Of a stretch of 64,000 nt of DNA, positions 61,801 through 64,000 are shown piece after piece. Source of the stretch: Trichosphaerium sp. ATCC 40318 (taxonomy: Eukaryota > Protista > Tubulinea); assembly GCA_038496445.1 (NCBI GenBank), contig JALMLS010000353.1, forward strand, positions 1 to 64,000. The letters are read 5' to 3'. Position 1 is the first letter of the stretch. Each line of letters starts with the position of its first letter. The translations under genes were made by a program, and so were the position numbers. Below the pieces are notes generated by a model. It saw only the letters and a program-made list of their open reading frames with translations, was not told where the DNA came from and did no database searches.

Positions 61801-64000
61801 TCATCAATATCAGTAGACCCGTCAATACGAAGATGTTTATAGCCCTAGAACGAAAAATGAGAAAAATAGGCTTTAGAAAAAAACAAACAGACACTAACCT
61901 CAGGTTTGAGCAAGTGCTCCTCTACCAAGTCAAGGACCTTTGTGAATCTACTGAATATGAGGACACGATGCCCTTCAGCCTTGAGATTCTTGAGTATTTT
62001 CTTAGCGAAGGCAAACTTGCACGACTGATCAATGATAGTTCCAGGCAAACTAAACCAAAAGTGTTAGGAATCAAGTTACATATTTTGTAGTACTCTTTTA
62101 TGAGAAGCTCAACTTCTGGGTTAGCTTCAGAGTGCATCAAACGAGGATGCTGACAAATAGTCTTCATCAAGCTGATAGCAGACAAAGGCGAGTCTGTTTT
62201 ATTTAAGGCCTAAAGAAAGTTCATTTTATTGTGTAAAGGGAGAAAAAAACAAGAAAGCTGCTTTTATACCTTTCGGACGGCTGGCATGTTTATAAACTTG
62301 TTGTAAATAGAAATCTGACACTCAGTAAGTGTTAGCCATACAACAAGGTCATTCTTTCTTCCCTTGATGTTCAAGTTTTTCAACTAAAATAGAAAGTTAG
62401 GCAAAGCACATCTATTCTCAAAGAAAAGACTTCGAATTTCTTACCTCACGCTTTTCACGACGTAAAAAGTATGGTGCAATTAGATTGCGTAGAGACTCCT
62501 CCATTTTAAAACCAAGCTCCTTTTCAAAGGCTGTAGCTTTCTTATCGTGACTCTGTAAAGAAAATCATCAGACACAAAGATTTGCAAGCCATGACAAAAA
62601 ATTCTTTTGGACGTACACGAATTATCTTGGTTTCGTACTCCCTTTTAAACGTACGATAATCACCCATCAAGGTACCATTACAAGCCCAGTCGAACAGCGC
62701 CCATAATTCCTTTGAATATAAATCAGTAAAAGCCAAAAAACAGAAAAGAATCATCGTACCTTGTGGTTGTTCATAATTGGAGTACCAGTCAATAAAATTT
62801 TATGTCTCGCTGGTACTTTTCTTAAAGCAATGGACCGTTTTTTCTTTGCGTCCTTGATGTTATGTCCTTCATCAAGAATAACATAATCCCACTTGAATTC
62901 TTCATCATCACTATCAAGATATTTACCAGCAAGAAGATCGGTATTAGTGCGAACCATATCTAACATTGTTGTCAAGAGAAGAATAAAAAACAGAAAAAAA
63001 TAAGAAAAGTAAACGTACCGTAAGTGGTCAGTACAATACCACCTGATTGCATAATATCATGCACCATGCGCTTTCTTTGTAACTTTGTTTTGTCACTTAG
63101 AAGAGTTCCAAGGACAGGTTGACCCTTAGTAATAAGCCTACATTTAGTTAGAACAAAGATCTAGAAAAAACTTGATCTAACAAACTATAGCGTACCATTT
63201 ATCAAGTTCTTGCATCCAATTCAGCAACACTGACTTTGGCAATACTAATAGAACATTGAATGCGTAACCACATCCAAGAACACCATATAGAAAGGCAATA
63301 ACCTTAACAAGACATAAGTCAGACTCGAAAAATTAACAAAGTCTCTTTGCTACACACCTGTATTGTTTTTCCCAAACCCATATCATCGCCCATTATTCCT
63401 CCAGAATTCTTTAAATGGAGATCCCACAGGAATTTTACACCATCACGTTGATGCCTAAGAAACAGATCAGACTCAACAAACACGAAACAAACAAAAAGAG
63501 AAACTTACTTGTATAGTTTCTCGTAAATGCTCGCAGGTATACGAAACCTCTCCTCTCTGTTTGTAGCAAAAGGTCTCAACATATAGAACTTTGCAAGGTC
63601 ACCATTACGTTTTGTACGTATTGTCCTGAACCAAGAATTTTCAAGCTCCTTAGTGCAAGTCAAAAAAAAACTTAAAAAAAATTGAAGAAGAAAAATCTTT
63701 TTTTAAAGCACGCGGGCTAACATACCTCATATTCGGTGTTACCTTTCACACACCTACGTACAACGCGTTCGTTTGTTGGCGTCAATTTAGGCTTTAGTTT
63801 GCCATCAGGAGAACGCACAACATCAACGACTTGTTCAGTAGGCTTAGGAAACAATGAAGGATCGTCTTCAGGATCAGGTTGTGTTGTACCACAAATAGAA
63901 ACGCGTCTAGACTTACGCTTCTTAGGTGCAGGAGAAAGAAGCATATTAGGCTTGGGTAGGGATTGCTTCTGAGGTGAGGCGTTTGGTTTGTCCACAGGTT
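55856..64000 (-). CDS. PICH/ERCC6L-type SNF2 translocase fused via an acidic disordered linker to a GCNA/ACRC-type SprT protease + Zn finger + HMG-like box (5' partial)
   Basis: GDDMGLGKTIQ, WDYVILDEGH, TGTPIMNN..ELWALFDWAC, PYFLRR, RKNDLVVW, HPRL, QAVDRCYRIGQ, GVSDHDLLF; all downstream junctions splice in frame to LRQTAG..TLVHELCHAAAW..HG..VTRCHNY..CQGC..CGRC..NPYTLFVK. Confidence 0.8.
56715..56955 (-). repeat. KRTP heptad-like coding repeat (about a dozen S/T-P sites)
   Basis: RTPTNTKRTPTISKRTPISSTKRTPTRVKRTPTNTKRTPKRVERTPRTP directly before the SprT domain. Confidence 0.85.

Overview
AT-rich (roughly 35% GC by eye), gene-dense nuclear DNA from an intron-rich unicellular eukaryote using the standard code. 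Introns are short (mostly 40-100 nt) with GTACGT/GTAAGT donors and CTAAC-type branch points. Gene content is amoeba-like, but the taxon cannot be fixed from sequence alone. About 25 protein genes can be read. Spliced conserved genes: WASP, ABCG half-transporter, M49 dipeptidyl peptidase III, a protein kinase, S10 carboxypeptidase, CNOT9/RCD1, HSPA13-like Hsp70, YqcI/YcgG-like protein, DIM1, GST, GT10 fucosyltransferase and RhoGAP. There are also secreted Cys/Pro-Thr-rich proteins and an interspersed set of (nearly) intronless F-box-like or SOCS-box-like LRR and MORN-variant repeat genes, several with N-myristoylation signals, shared upstream elements and decayed copies. The most striking item is at the right end: manual splicing joins a PICH/ERCC6L-type SNF2 translocase in frame, through a >1000-aa acidic SIM-rich linker, to a complete GCNA/ACRC-type SprT protease + Zn finger + HMG-like box. 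This is an apparent single PICH-GCNA fusion gene whose 5' end lies outside the window. The palindrome CACGTG is strongly over-represented (about 65 copies counted by eye), and several GC-AG introns are required by conserved reading frames. No rRNA, tRNA, CRISPR array or intact transposase was recognised. All gene models are manual and unverified by transcripts.
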